Source: an uncultured Collinsella sp. (GTDB lineage: Bacteria > Actinomycetota > Coriobacteriia > Coriobacteriales > Coriobacteriaceae). Taken from it: 64,000 bases of DNA. Where the stretch lies: assembly GCA_947002045.1 (NCBI GenBank), contig CAMQJB010000003.1, positions 6,445 through 70,444 on the forward strand. The letters run 5' to 3'. The notes under the pieces are model-generated. The model searched no databases. It saw only the letters and a program-made list of their open reading frames with translations, and was not told where the DNA came from. Of the stretch, positions 30,088-39,509 are shown piece by piece. The translations under genes and the position numbers were made by a program. The first letter of the stretch is position 1. The number at the start of each line of letters is the position of its first letter.

Positions 30088-30343
30088 GATACTTCCCCTT
30101 TCATGCGCTCTCGCGCACGACCGTGGTGACGAATCGACCCGCCGGATGCGGGCCGTGAGGGAACTATACGGCGGGCGTTGAGCGGGCTTGCGTAGAGAGC
30201 GCGGGGTTTGGTAAACGTGGTAAATATAGCGGTAAACGGTAGGTAAAGGTGGTTACATTATGAAGATACCACTGCAAGAGAATTGCAGGTCAGATACAAG
30301 TTTGTTGCTAAATCGCTTTACCATTATCAAGCATTATTTTTAG

Positions 30344-30386
30344 GTAGTCTATTTAGGACGGGGCATTCTAGCTACCCCAATGAGCT
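30344..30386 (+). repeat. Degenerate solo copy of the GGGACGGGG REP-like unit
   Basis: GTAGTCTATTTAGGACGGGGCATTCTAGCTACCCC-AATGAGCT versus GCAGCTAATTTGGGACGGGGCTTTTTTAGCTACCCC at 55431. Confidence 0.65.
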
Positions 30387-31260
30387 AGCTTTGCTGGGCC
30401 TGGTGGGCGGCGCGGAGGGCACGGGCTTCTTGGATTTCCATCAAATGACCGATGATCTCGGAGGCGCTCTCCTCGATCGCCTTGCCGTCGGTACGCACCA
30501 CAAAGCAGCCCAGGCGCTTCATGAGGGCACGGGCTTCCTCGAGCTCGCTGCACACGCTCTCGGGCTCGGCATAGGAGCCGGCGACGGCACGGGCGTAGTC
30601 ATCGCCCAAGCGGCTATCGCGTATCTCAGAGATCACATCGACAGTCGAAATCAGACCAAACAACCGCATCGGGTCGACCTTGTAAATCGACTTCGGCGGC
30701 TCCATGCCATGGGCCAACGGAACATTGGCAACCTTGTAACCCTGATAGGCCAAATACATCGACAGCGGCGTCTTGGACGTGCGTGATACGCCCAGCAGCA
30801 CGATATCTGCCCCCGAAAGGTCGTCGCAGCCACGTCCATCATCGTGCTCAACAAAATACTCCATGGCCTCGATGCGATGGAAATAGCGGTCATCGGTCTT
30901 GTGAATCACGCCCGCGACGCCCTTGGGCGGCACACCGATGAGCGACGACAGCACGGCGAGCGCTGGGCCGATCAGGTCAACCGAACGAATATGCAGCATG
31001 CCCAGGTAATCGAGCACGCGGGCGCGAAGCGCCGGATCGACAATGGTGTGGAACACGGCAATATCGCGATGGTCCGCATCAACGCGCGGGCCCACAAACG
31101 ACTTGACCTGCTCCACCGAGTTCACCTTGGGCAGGCGCAACAAACGAAAAGCCCCTTCATCAAATTGCCCGGACGCCGCAAGCACCACCTCACAAGCGGT
31201 ATCACCGAGCGAGTCGGAGATAACGATAACGGTGGGACGAGCGGTGACCGGGCAATCCAT
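30385..31260 (-). CDS. PPDK/PEP-synthase regulatory kinase-pyrophosphorylase (PDRP/YqfL family)
   Basis: ISDSLGDT, HDDG, VSRTSKTPLSMYLA, KVANVP and AIEESA; adjacent to ppdK. Confidence 0.92.
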   Translation of the reverse strand: MDCPVTARPTVIVISDSLGDTACEVVLAASGQFDEGAFRLLRLPKVNSVEQVKSFVGPRVDADHRDIAVFHTIVDPALRARVLDYLGMLHIRSVDLIGPALAVLSSLIGVPPKGVAGVIHKTDDRYFHRIEAMEYFVEHDDGRGCDDLSGADIVLLGVSRTSKTPLSMYLAYQGYKVANVPLAHGMEPPKSIYKVDPMRLFGLISTVDVISEIRDSRLGDDYARAVAGSYAEPESVCSELEEARALMKRLGCFVVRTDGKAIEESASEIIGHLMEIQEARALRAAHQAQQS

Positions 31261-31294
31261 GCGGGGCTCCTTTTGCGCTTACGCGCAGGCTGGC

Positions 31295-33391
31295 TTACTT
31301 TTTGCGGGCAAGCTCACCGATGTTGGCGATGCCGGAGAAAACGGCCTCGAAGCGGTTGAGCAGCTTAAGGCGATTATCGCGAAGCTGCTCGTCCTTGTCC
31401 ATGACCATAACCTCGTCGAAGAAGCGGTCGATGGGGGCACGCAGAGCTGCAAGGGCGGCAAATGCGGCCGGGTAATCCTCGGCAGCAAGGGCATCATCGA
31501 CAGCGGTCTGAGCAGCCTCGGAGGCGTCGGCGAGCGCGAGCTCGACCTCGCCCATCAGGCTGCGGTCGTACTCCGCACCCAGCTCGGGCTTGGAGATGTG
31601 AGCGGCACGGGCATAGGCGGTAGCCAGGTTGTCGAAGGTCTCGGCATCGTTCTTGCGGGCCTCGTCGAGCGCGGCACAGCGGGCGAAGAAGACGGACGGG
31701 GCAATGATGTGCACCGCGGAGACGGCGGCGACGGTATCGGCCGGAATCTTCTCGTCGCGGGCCATGCTCACCAGGCGGCCGTGGAAGAAGTCACGAACCT
31801 GCTGGGCGACCTCGGCGGCATCGAACTCGATACCCTGCTCGCTATAGAGCTCAAGGGCGAAGTCGATGAGCGACGTGGGGTCAATCGGCAGGCGATCGCG
31901 CAGGATGTTGATGATGCCGATGGCGGCGCGACGCAGCGCGTACGGGTCGGAGGAGCCGGTCGGAGGCTCGCCGATGGCAAAGATACCGGCAATGGTATCG
32001 AGCTTGTCGGCGCAGGCCACGATGCAGCCAGCGGTGCCCTCGGGCAGCTCGTCACCGGCAAAGCGAGGACGATAGTGATCGCGAATAGCATGAGCAACCT
32101 CGTCGTTCTCCCCCATCGCGGTCGCGTAATAACCGCCCATCACGCCCTGCTGGCTCGTGAACTCGACGACGGCGTTGGACACCAGGTCTGCCTTGCACAG
32201 GTGCGCGGCGCGAGCAGCGTCGGCGGCAAGATGGGCGCCCAGGTGAGCCTCGCGGGCGATAGCAAGCGCGAGCTGCTCGATGCGCTCGGACTTGGCGAGC
32301 ACGCTACCGAGCTTCTCCTGGAAGGCGACCTTGGCCAGACGCTCACGGAACTCATCGAGGGAGATCTTCAGGTCCTCCTCGTAGAAGAACTTTGCGTCGT
32401 CCAGACGGGCGCGCACGACGCGCTCGTTGCCGTCGATCACGCGCTCGGCGTTCTCGGGCTTGCTGTTGGAGACGACCACGAACTCACGCGTGAGCTTGCC
32501 CTCGCCGTCATAGATCGGGAAGTAGCGCTGGTTGGTGATCATGGACTCGCAGATGATCTCGTGCGGGACCTTGAGGAACTCCTCATCGAAGGTACCGACA
32601 AGCACCGTCGGCCACTCGCAGAGGTTGATGACCTCCTCAAAGACCTTCTTGGGCGTGTCAACATGACAGCCGGGGCGAGCGGCCTCGACCTCGGCGATAC
32701 CGGCAAGGATGGCCTCACGACGACGCTCGGCAGAGAGCACGCCGGCGTCCTCGAGCACCTGCTCGTAGACGGCGGGGCTGGCGACCACATGGTCACCGGG
32801 GCCAAGTACGCGATGACCACGCGTGGTGTTGCCACTCGTCACGTCGGCAAACGACACGGGCACAACATCCTCGCCCAAAAGGCAGCAGATCCAGCGGACC
32901 GGACGAACAAAGGTCGCATGCTCGTGACCCCAACGCTGGCTGCGGTAGTTGGGCCACTGCAGGCCGGCGATGGTCTTCTCGCACAGAGCGGTCAGAATCG
33001 GCGTAGCCGGAGCGGAGGGAATGTTCTTCTCGGCGAACACATACTCGCGACCGTCAGTGTCCTCGCGACGGACCAGGTCCTCGGCAGCCACACCGCACTT
33101 GCGAGCGAAGCCCTGGGCGGCCTTGGTGGCGTTGCCGTCGGCATCAAAGGCAATGTTTGCCGCGGGACCACGCTTGACCTCGTGAACCTCATCGGTCGCG
33201 GTGGCGACGTCGGCCACGAGCGCAGCCAGACGACGCGGGCTCGAGATCACGCGGACCTCGCCGTGGGCCAGGCCGGCCTCGTCGAGACCCTTGGCAATCA
33301 TGGTGCCAAGCTGCTTGACGGCATTGTTCAGCGGTGCAGAGGGCATTTCCTCCGTACCGATCTCAAACAGGAAATCCTTAGCGTCTGCCAT
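31295..33391 (-). CDS. glyS: Glycine--tRNA ligase beta subunit
   Basis: FLFEIGTEEMP, FVRPVRW, GNERVVRARLDDA, EFTSQQG and GSSDPYALRR. Confidence 0.96.
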   Translation of the reverse strand: MADAKDFLFEIGTEEMPSAPLNNAVKQLGTMIAKGLDEAGLAHGEVRVISSPRRLAALVADVATATDEVHEVKRGPAANIAFDADGNATKAAQGFARKCGVAAEDLVRREDTDGREYVFAEKNIPSAPATPILTALCEKTIAGLQWPNYRSQRWGHEHATFVRPVRWICCLLGEDVVPVSFADVTSGNTTRGHRVLGPGDHVVASPAVYEQVLEDAGVLSAERRREAILAGIAEVEAARPGCHVDTPKKVFEEVINLCEWPTVLVGTFDEEFLKVPHEIICESMITNQRYFPIYDGEGKLTREFVVVSNSKPENAERVIDGNERVVRARLDDAKFFYEEDLKISLDEFRERLAKVAFQEKLGSVLAKSERIEQLALAIAREAHLGAHLAADAARAAHLCKADLVSNAVVEFTSQQGVMGGYYATAMGENDEVAHAIRDHYRPRFAGDELPEGTAGCIVACADKLDTIAGIFAIGEPPTGSSDPYALRRAAIGIINILRDRLPIDPTSLIDFALELYSEQGIEFDAAEVAQQVRDFFHGRLVSMARDEKIPADTVAAVSAVHIIAPSVFFARCAALDEARKNDAETFDNLATAYARAAHISKPELGAEYDRSLMGEVELALADASEAAQTAVDDALAAEDYPAAFAALAALRAPIDRFFDEVMVMDKDEQLRDNRLKLLNRFEAVFSGIANIGELARKK

Positions 33392-33394
33392 GGC

Positions 33395-34306
33395 TTACGC
33401 CACCTCGCCTTCCTGGTCGGCATTCTCGTTGACTCCAGCGACCTCGGCCATATAGGCCTCGCAGCACGCCTTGGCGACGGCGCGGACGCGCAGGATGTAG
33501 TTAGCACGCTCGACCGCGGACAGCGCACCGCGAGCATCGAGCAGGTTGAAGGCATGGCTGCACTTCATGACGCAGTCGTAAGCGGGCAGCGGCAGCTTGC
33601 GCTCAAGGCAGGAGTGGCACTCGGCCTCGTAGTCGTCAAACTTCTGACGCATCATCTCGACGTTGGCGACCTCAAAGTTGTAGGCGCTAAACTCGCGCTC
33701 GTTCTCCAGGAACACGTCGCCATAGGTCATCGGCGTGCCATCGGGCAGATAGCTCCACACCAGGTCGTAGACGGAGTTGACGCCCTGCGCATACATGGCA
33801 ATGCGCTCCAGGCCATAGGTGATCTCGACGGGCACAGGGTCGACCTCGATGCCGCCCACCTGCTGGAAGTACGTAAACTGCGTGACCTCCATGCCGTTGA
33901 GCCAGACCTCCCAGCCAAGGCCCCAGGCGCCCAGCGTCGGGCTCTCCCAGTCGTCCTCGACAAAACGAACGTCATGGTCGTTGGGGTCCAGACCGATAGC
34001 GGCAAGAGACCCCAGGTAGAGCTCCTGGGCGTTGACCGGCGACGGCTTGATGAGCACCTGGAACTGATAGTAGTGCTGCATGCGGTTGGGATTCTCGCCG
34101 TAGCGGCCGTCGGCGGGACGGCGGCAAGGCTGCGCATAGCAGGTGCGCCACTCGGCAGGACCGAGCGAGCGCAACGTGGTCGCGGTGTGGAAGGTACCGG
34201 CACCGACCTCGGAGTCATAGGGCTGCATAATGACGCAGCCCTGCTCGCCCCAGTACTGCTGGAGGCGCAGGATGATGTCTTGGAAGGAAAGCGATGAAGC
34301 GTTCAT
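33395..34306 (-). CDS. glyQ: Glycine--tRNA ligase alpha subunit
   Basis: [32 protein letters not shown] and EITYGLER. Confidence 0.97.
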   Translation of the reverse strand: MNASSLSFQDIILRLQQYWGEQGCVIMQPYDSEVGAGTFHTATTLRSLGPAEWRTCYAQPCRRPADGRYGENPNRMQHYYQFQVLIKPSPVNAQELYLGSLAAIGLDPNDHDVRFVEDDWESPTLGAWGLGWEVWLNGMEVTQFTYFQQVGGIEVDPVPVEITYGLERIAMYAQGVNSVYDLVWSYLPDGTPMTYGDVFLENEREFSAYNFEVANVEMMRQKFDDYEAECHSCLERKLPLPAYDCVMKCSHAFNLLDARGALSAVERANYILRVRAVAKACCEAYMAEVAGVNENADQEGEVA

Positions 34307-34365
34307 GCCTCTAATATCCCCTCGTCGAAACGATTACACGGTTAGGTTCTGTACTATAGCGGTTT

Positions 34366-34929
34366 TTAGTCGATAGTGCCGATGCGGTTGAGCGGCCAGT
34401 AGCGCACAAGCGCCACGGCGATCAAATCAGAGCGATCAACGGGACCAAAGTAGCGCGAGTCGGCAGAGTTTTCGCGGTTGTCGCCCATCACCCACACGCA
34501 CCCGTCGGGAACGGTGTAGGGATAGCTTACCTGAGCGCCGGGAGCTTGGACCGAAAGCGGCCAGCTCATGCCGGTCGTATAGCCCTCGTCGAGCGCTTGG
34601 CCGTCAACGACCACCTTGCCGTCCTGAAGGTCGACCGTCTGGCCGGCCGTGGCAATAACACGCTTGACGAGAACATCGTGCTCGGAGGTGCCATCGGGGT
34701 TATGGAACACCACGATATCGCCTTGGTTGACGGGCTGGCCGAGCTCAAGGCTCACCTTTTGCGCCAGGATCTGGTCGCCGATCTCGATCGTGGACTCCAT
34801 GGAGCCGGTGGGCACCACAAAGGGTTCGACCACAAACGAGCGAATCAAGAAGGTAGCGACCAAAGCGATCGCGACGACCAAGATCCACTCAAACGCACCC
34901 TTTAGCACGGAATGCTGCGAAGGAACCAT
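34366..34929 (-). CDS. lepB: Signal peptidase I
   Basis: N-terminal TM helix, VPTGSMEST (Ser), VKRVIA (Lys) and GDNRENSADSR. Confidence 0.94.
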   Translation of the reverse strand: MVPSQHSVLKGAFEWILVVAIALVATFLIRSFVVEPFVVPTGSMESTIEIGDQILAQKVSLELGQPVNQGDIVVFHNPDGTSEHDVLVKRVIATAGQTVDLQDGKVVVDGQALDEGYTTGMSWPLSVQAPGAQVSYPYTVPDGCVWVMGDNRENSADSRYFGPVDRSDLIAVALVRYWPLNRIGTID

Positions 34930-34931
34930 TC

Positions 34932-35690
34932 TCACTCCTCGCTCTGCGAATACGACGCGTCCAGAATCTCTTGCGCGTATGCGCGCTCCTCGGGCGTAAG
35001 CCGCGCCGTCTCGATCAGGTCGGGACGCCAGCGGCAGGTGCGCTCGATGGCATTCTTACGGCGCCAGGCGTCAACCTTGGCATGGTCACCGCTCACGAGC
35101 ACCGGCGGCACACCCTCGCCGTTGAACTCGGCGGGACGGGTGTACTGCGCGTACTCGAGCAGGCCACCGTCCTCGGCAGTCGAGAACGACTCATCGACGT
35201 TGCTCATCTCGTCGCCAAGGGCACCGGGAATCAAGCGCACGACGGCATCGGCAACGACCATAGCGGGAAGTTCGCCACCCGTGAGCACATAGTCGCCGAT
35301 CGACAGACGCTCGTCGGCATACGCATATGCACGTTCGTCGACGCCCTCGTAGCGACTACACACAAACAGCAGGCGCTCACTTTTGAGCAGGCGCTCGGCC
35401 ACATGCTGCGTAAAAGGCTCGCCACAGGGGGTAAAGAACACCACAGTGGGCTTGGGACCCTCGGAGCTAATAGCCTCGATGGCCTCTGCGATAGGCTCGA
35501 CCTTCATGAGCATGCCCTGCCCGCCGCCGTACGGCTCGTCATCGACGGTACGATGGCGGTCGTGCGTCCAGTCACGCAGGTTATAGGCCTTAAAATCAAA
35601 AAGGCCGGCCTTGCGGGCGCGGCCCAAGATCGATGTGGACATGACGGGCTCAAACATCTCGGGAAAGACCGAAAGGGTCTCGATCAGCAT
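34932..35690 (-). CDS. trmD: tRNA (guanine-N1)-methyltransferase
   Basis: VDDEPYGGGQGM, RYEGVDER and SIGDYVLTGGE. Confidence 0.97.
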   Translation of the reverse strand: MLIETLSVFPEMFEPVMSTSILGRARKAGLFDFKAYNLRDWTHDRHRTVDDEPYGGGQGMLMKVEPIAEAIEAISSEGPKPTVVFFTPCGEPFTQHVAERLLKSERLLFVCSRYEGVDERAYAYADERLSIGDYVLTGGELPAMVVADAVVRLIPGALGDEMSNVDESFSTAEDGGLLEYAQYTRPAEFNGEGVPPVLVSGDHAKVDAWRRKNAIERTCRWRPDLIETARLTPEERAYAQEILDASYSQSEE

Positions 35691-35700
35691 GTTATCCTCC

Positions 35701-36222
35701 CTACTTGTCCATATCGATCAAACCGTCCATAACGCGGACGGAAATTGTCCCCTGATCGGGAAGATCGAGCACAACCTGCTCGATCACGGGAATCAGCACC
35801 TCGCCGTACCGATTGCCCTCGACAACCCAAACATCGTTGGCGGGCGTCGACATGATCTCGACGATCGTGCCGAGCGAGCCAAAGCGCTCGTCGACCACCT
35901 CGCGACCCATCAGGTCGGTATAGGCGGCGTCGAGCGAATCGAGCTCAAAATCGTCACGATTTGCCAGCACGTAGCATCCCGTGATGCCCTCGGCGGCCGC
36001 CAAGTCGTCAATGCCCTCAAACGAGACCAGATCGCCATCGCCCGTATCGGTGACGGATACGACCGTGCAAAAACGGTCGCGCTTGAGCGCCGGCGGCGTC
36101 AAGGCGACGCGCATACCCGGCGTCAATACAGAAGGAAGCCCCCGCAGCGGCTGCGCGAGGACCTCCCCCTTCCTTCCGTGCGGCTTGACCACACGGGCGA
36201 TGTTTTTGTACTGGGACCTCAA
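35701..36222 (-). CDS. rimM: Ribosome maturation factor RimM
   Basis: VKPHGRKGEV, DLMGREV and PANDVW; rpsP-KH-rimM-trmD order. Confidence 0.9.
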   Translation of the reverse strand: MRSQYKNIARVVKPHGRKGEVLAQPLRGLPSVLTPGMRVALTPPALKRDRFCTVVSVTDTGDGDLVSFEGIDDLAAAEGITGCYVLANRDDFELDSLDAAYTDLMGREVVDERFGSLGTIVEIMSTPANDVWVVEGNRYGEVLIPVIEQVVLDLPDQGTISVRVMDGLIDMDK

Positions 36223-36226
36223 GGTC

Positions 36227-36511
36227 CTAGCCCAGAACCTCTACCTCGACTGCAGTGTCGAGGCGAGCGGCCAGTGCACGGGCGAGCGTGCGAATGGCCT
36301 TGATGGTACGGCCACGACGGCCGATGACCTTAGCGACGTCATCCTCGGCAACAGAAACCTCAATCGTGGAGGCGTCGTCACCATCGATGACCTCGAGGCT
36401 CACGGAATCCGGGTCGTCGACGATCTGAACAACGAGATATTCGACGAGATCGGCGATGCGATCTGAGAGCATTGCCTCACCCTCGAGCTGTGCAGCGTCA
36501 ACCTCAGGCAC
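36227..36511 (-). CDS. KH-domain RNA-binding protein (KhpA/YlqC)
   Basis: GKVIG-like AKVIGRRGRTIKAIRTL; lies between rpsP and rimM. Start at 36511 or 36472. Confidence 0.88.
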   Translation of the reverse strand: MPEVDAAQLEGEAMLSDRIADLVEYLVVQIVDDPDSVSLEVIDGDDASTIEVSVAEDDVAKVIGRRGRTIKAIRTLARALAARLDTAVEVEVLG

Positions 36512-36514
36512 GAT

Positions 36515-36856
36515 TTACTCCTCGGCGCCCTCAGCGGCCTCAGCGGCAGCCTTAGCGGCCTCGGCCTCTTTGGCGAGCTGCTTCTTGGACTTCTTGACGA
36601 CGGTCTCGGTCTTCTCGCCCTCGTTGGCGGCCTTGACCAGAGCAGCGACAGCGTCGGTGAGCTGAGCGCCCTTGGACTGCCAGTCGGCGATCTTCTCGAG
36701 GTCGAGGTTGATGGTCTTGGGGGCGGTCATCGGGTTGTAGCGGCCGACCTCCTCGATGATACGACCGTCACGCGGGGCGCGGGAATCGGCGACGACGACA
36801 CGGTAGTACGGACGCTTCTTAGCGCCGTGACGAGCAAGGCGAATCTTGACTGCCAA
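36515..36856 (-). CDS. rpsP: 30S ribosomal protein S16
   Basis: [33 protein letters not shown] start follows GGAGGAG. Confidence 0.97.
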   Translation of the reverse strand: MAVKIRLARHGAKKRPYYRVVVADSRAPRDGRIIEEVGRYNPMTAPKTINLDLEKIADWQSKGAQLTDAVAALVKAANEGEKTETVVKKSKKQLAKEAEAAKAAAEAAEGAEE

Positions 36857-37057
36857 AGGAAACTCCTCCAACCAAGCAGCTTTAGGCTGCAACTACAAAC
36901 AAACAGTTGAACATAATACGCCATCGACGCGGGCAGGTGAAGTCCGTGAGACCAACTTCTTCGGTGTAGTCGAAGGCAAATCCATATCTTAGACAAGAAT
37001 TCTCGATTTGCAAGCACATACACGCACCCCACATGAGCTGCGCGGTATACTCATGCC

Positions 37058-38311
37058 ATGAAAAGACGCGAACATACATACGGTTATGAAGATGCTGCGG
37101 GCGTCACGCCGCCTCCCTGGACGGGTCCGGCGGTGGGCCTCATGGATCTCGATGCGTTTTTTGCGAGCGTGGAGATGCTCGATCATCCCGAGTGGCGCGG
37201 CAAGCCGCTCATCGTGGGCGGAGACGCCGATTCGCGCGGCGTCGTGTCCACGTGTTCGTATGAAGCACGTCGCTTTGGCGTGCACTCCGCCATGCCCTCG
37301 GCCGAGGCACGGCGCCTCTGTCCGCAGGCCATTTGGACGCATGGGCATTTCGATCGCTACCACGAGGTCAGCGCACAGGTCATGGCGATTCTCGCCGACG
37401 AGACCCCGCGCGTAGAGCGCGTATCCATCGACGAGGCCTTTATCGATATCACGCCAGGTCGCTTTGCACCCGAGGACCCGTTGCTGATTGCGCGGCGTAT
37501 AAGCGACCGCGTGGCGGCGCTGGGGGTAACCTGCTCCATTGGCGTGGGCTGCAACAAGACGGTCGCAAAGATCGCAAGCGAGCGGGATAAGCCGTTTGGG
37601 CTGACCATCGTGCGCCCCGGAACCGAGCAGCGCTTTTTGGCCGCGCTGCCGGTATCTGCCATGAGCGGCATCGGGCGCACTGCCGAGGAGCGGCTGCGCC
37701 GCATGCGCATCTACACGCTCGGCGAGCTATCACGTGCACCGAGATCCACCTTGTCCTCTATTTTTGGTGTCAACGGCGAGCGCATGCGCCAGCGTGCGCT
37801 GGGACTCGAAATCTCCGAAGTCACGAGTCTCGATGAAGAGCGCGAGGTCAAGTCGGTCAGCAATGAACGCACCTTTGCGAAAGATTTGACTGAGCGTCAG
37901 GACATCGAAGCGGCGATTGCGCTATCGGGAGAGTCAGTGGGACGCCGCCTGCGCCGTCAGGGACTAACGGGTGCCACGGTGACACTCAAACTCAAGTATT
38001 CGTATGGAAGCGGGCGCTCGGCACAGCGCCGGCTGCCACATCCGACCGACGATGAGAACATCTTCGTGGCGGTGGCGCTCGAGCTGCTCGATAACATCTG
38101 GCAGGAAGGGATGCATGTGCGCCTGGCGGGCATCGGCATGAGCGACTTCGACCACCAAGGCGGCATCCAGACCGACCTGTTCTGCGAGATCGATGACCGC
38201 GGAGCCCAATCCAGCGACCGTCGCGACCTCTCGCTCGCCATCGACGCCGTCCGAGACAAGTTCGGCGACACCGCCCTATCCTTCGGCCGTCAATCCCGCT
38301 TCAACGATTAG
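37058..38311 (+). CDS. dinB: DNA polymerase IV
   Basis: MDLDAFFASVE, STCSYEAR, SIDEAF, NKTVAKIAS and KSVSNERTF. Confidence 0.95.
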   Translation: MKRREHTYGYEDAAGVTPPPWTGPAVGLMDLDAFFASVEMLDHPEWRGKPLIVGGDADSRGVVSTCSYEARRFGVHSAMPSAEARRLCPQAIWTHGHFDRYHEVSAQVMAILADETPRVERVSIDEAFIDITPGRFAPEDPLLIARRISDRVAALGVTCSIGVGCNKTVAKIASERDKPFGLTIVRPGTEQRFLAALPVSAMSGIGRTAEERLRRMRIYTLGELSRAPRSTLSSIFGVNGERMRQRALGLEISEVTSLDEEREVKSVSNERTFAKDLTERQDIEAAIALSGESVGRRLRRQGLTGATVTLKLKYSYGSGRSAQRRLPHPTDDENIFVAVALELLDNIWQEGMHVRLAGIGMSDFDHQGGIQTDLFCEIDDRGAQSSDRRDLSLAIDAVRDKFGDTALSFGRQSRFND

Positions 38312-38321
38312 TCCCTTAGAC

Positions 38322-38363
38322 AAAAAGAAAGCCGGGCAGCTGCGAATGATGCAGCTGCCCGGC
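38322..38363. terminator. Terminator between convergent dinB and rsfS
   Basis: Perfect 13-bp stem GCCGGGCAGCTGC/GCAGCTGCCCGGC with a T-run on the minus strand. Confidence 0.8.
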
Positions 38364-38376
38364 GAACGGTAAAGGT

Positions 38377-38405
38377 TAGCTAAAAAGCCCGTCCCAAATG
38401 AGCTA
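38377..38405 (-). repeat. Solo copy of the REP-like unit
   Basis: TAGCTAAAAAGCCCGTCCCAAATGAGCTA versus TAGCTAAAAAAGCCCCGTCCCAAATTAGCTG (55592). Shares the 12-mer GTCCCAAATGAG with the RAYT right end (3460-3471). Confidence 0.7.
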
Positions 38406-38861
38406 CTAGAGGAGGTCGAGGGGAAGCTGGGGGGCGTCGCCCCAGAGCTTTTCGAGACGGTAGAACTCACGGGCCTCGGGAGTGAAGACGTGGACGACAA
38501 CCGAACCGTAGTCCATGAGCATCCAGGTCTTCTGCTCGCGGCCCTCGATGGAAAACGGGTGCTCGCCGCAAGCCTCGGCGACCTTCTCCTCAATCTCGTC
38601 GACGATAGAATCAACCTGACGGTTGTTGGTGCCGGTAGCGAGGACAAAGTAGTCGCACACATCGGAAAGCTCAGTCAGGTCGAGCACCTGAACGTCCTCG
38701 CCCTTCTTGTCGTAGGCGGCCTGCGCGGCGGCGCGGGCGACATCCTCGGCGGCGACACCGCTCGCGGACAGCGAGGCGGCAGTGCGGTCGGACGTGGCAA
38801 CGAAGCTCTTGTGCTCCACACCTTCAAGAATCTGCTCGTCGGTCATGGTCTCGTCGGCCAT
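38406..38861 (-). CDS. rsfS: Ribosome silencing factor RsfS (Iojap), with N-terminal extension
   Basis: DKKGEDV, DYFVLATG, WMLMDYGSVVVHVF and REFYRLEKLW. Confidence 0.94.
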   Translation of the reverse strand: MADETMTDEQILEGVEHKSFVATSDRTAASLSASGVAAEDVARAAAQAAYDKKGEDVQVLDLTELSDVCDYFVLATGTNNRQVDSIVDEIEEKVAEACGEHPFSIEGREQKTWMLMDYGSVVVHVFTPEAREFYRLEKLWGDAPQLPLDLL

Positions 38862-38888
38862 GGAATACCTCTTTCTAGACAGCCCGAG

Positions 38889-39497
38889 CTAGCGCAGCTG
38901 GGCGTAATGGTTGTAAATCGTAATAGCCGTGGGATAAAGATAACGCCCGGTCTGGATCACATAGACCAGACCCTGCGCAAAACAGGAGAAGAACAACTCG
39001 TCGAGCGAGGACTTCCCCACCATCTTGCGCAGCGCATGGGCATAATCGCCGTGGCGGTTGGGTTCGATGGCATCGGCCACAAAGACCACCATATCGAGCG
39101 GCGTCATGTCGCAAGCTCCCACGGTGTGACGGTCGACAGCCTGAAAGACCGCCGGCGACAGCTCGGGAAAAAGCTGCGGAAGCTCATAGGCGGCAACCGG
39201 GCCATGCAAAAGCGGCGTCGCGGCAGACGGAGAGCCGGCAATCTTAATGCCGTAATGCAGAGTGCGCGTGACCAGCTCGTCGTCGGAGAGCACCTTGTCC
39301 CAGTCATGGATCAGGCCGGCGGCAGCGGCATCAAAGCGGTCGACACCGTACACCTCGGCTAGGCGCAACGCAGTCTCGGCAACCCCGAGCGAATGCACGT
39401 AGCGCTTACGCTTATCCTTCATGCGAACATCGAGCAACTCGTGGATACGCGTCAAGAGCGCGCGCTCGTCGCCCTCAAACTGATCTTCTACCGACAA
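38889..39497 (-). CDS. yqeK: HD-domain hydrolase YqeK (Ap4A hydrolase family)
   Basis: RYVHSLGV, GLIHDWDK, LHGPVAA and VFVADAIEP; nadD-yqeK-rsfS order. Confidence 0.88.
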   Translation of the reverse strand: MSVEDQFEGDERALLTRIHELLDVRMKDKRKRYVHSLGVAETALRLAEVYGVDRFDAAAAGLIHDWDKVLSDDELVTRTLHYGIKIAGSPSAATPLLHGPVAAYELPQLFPELSPAVFQAVDRHTVGACDMTPLDMVVFVADAIEPNRHGDYAHALRKMVGKSSLDELFFSCFAQGLVYVIQTGRYLYPTAITIYNHYAQLR

Positions 39498-39509
39498 CGT
39501 TCTCCCCCA

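Noticed and set aside
34306-34366. T-box riboswitch before glyQS (and before proS)
   Set aside because: The glyQ upstream gap is about 60 nt and proS abuts ispG, so there is no room and no T-box motif.
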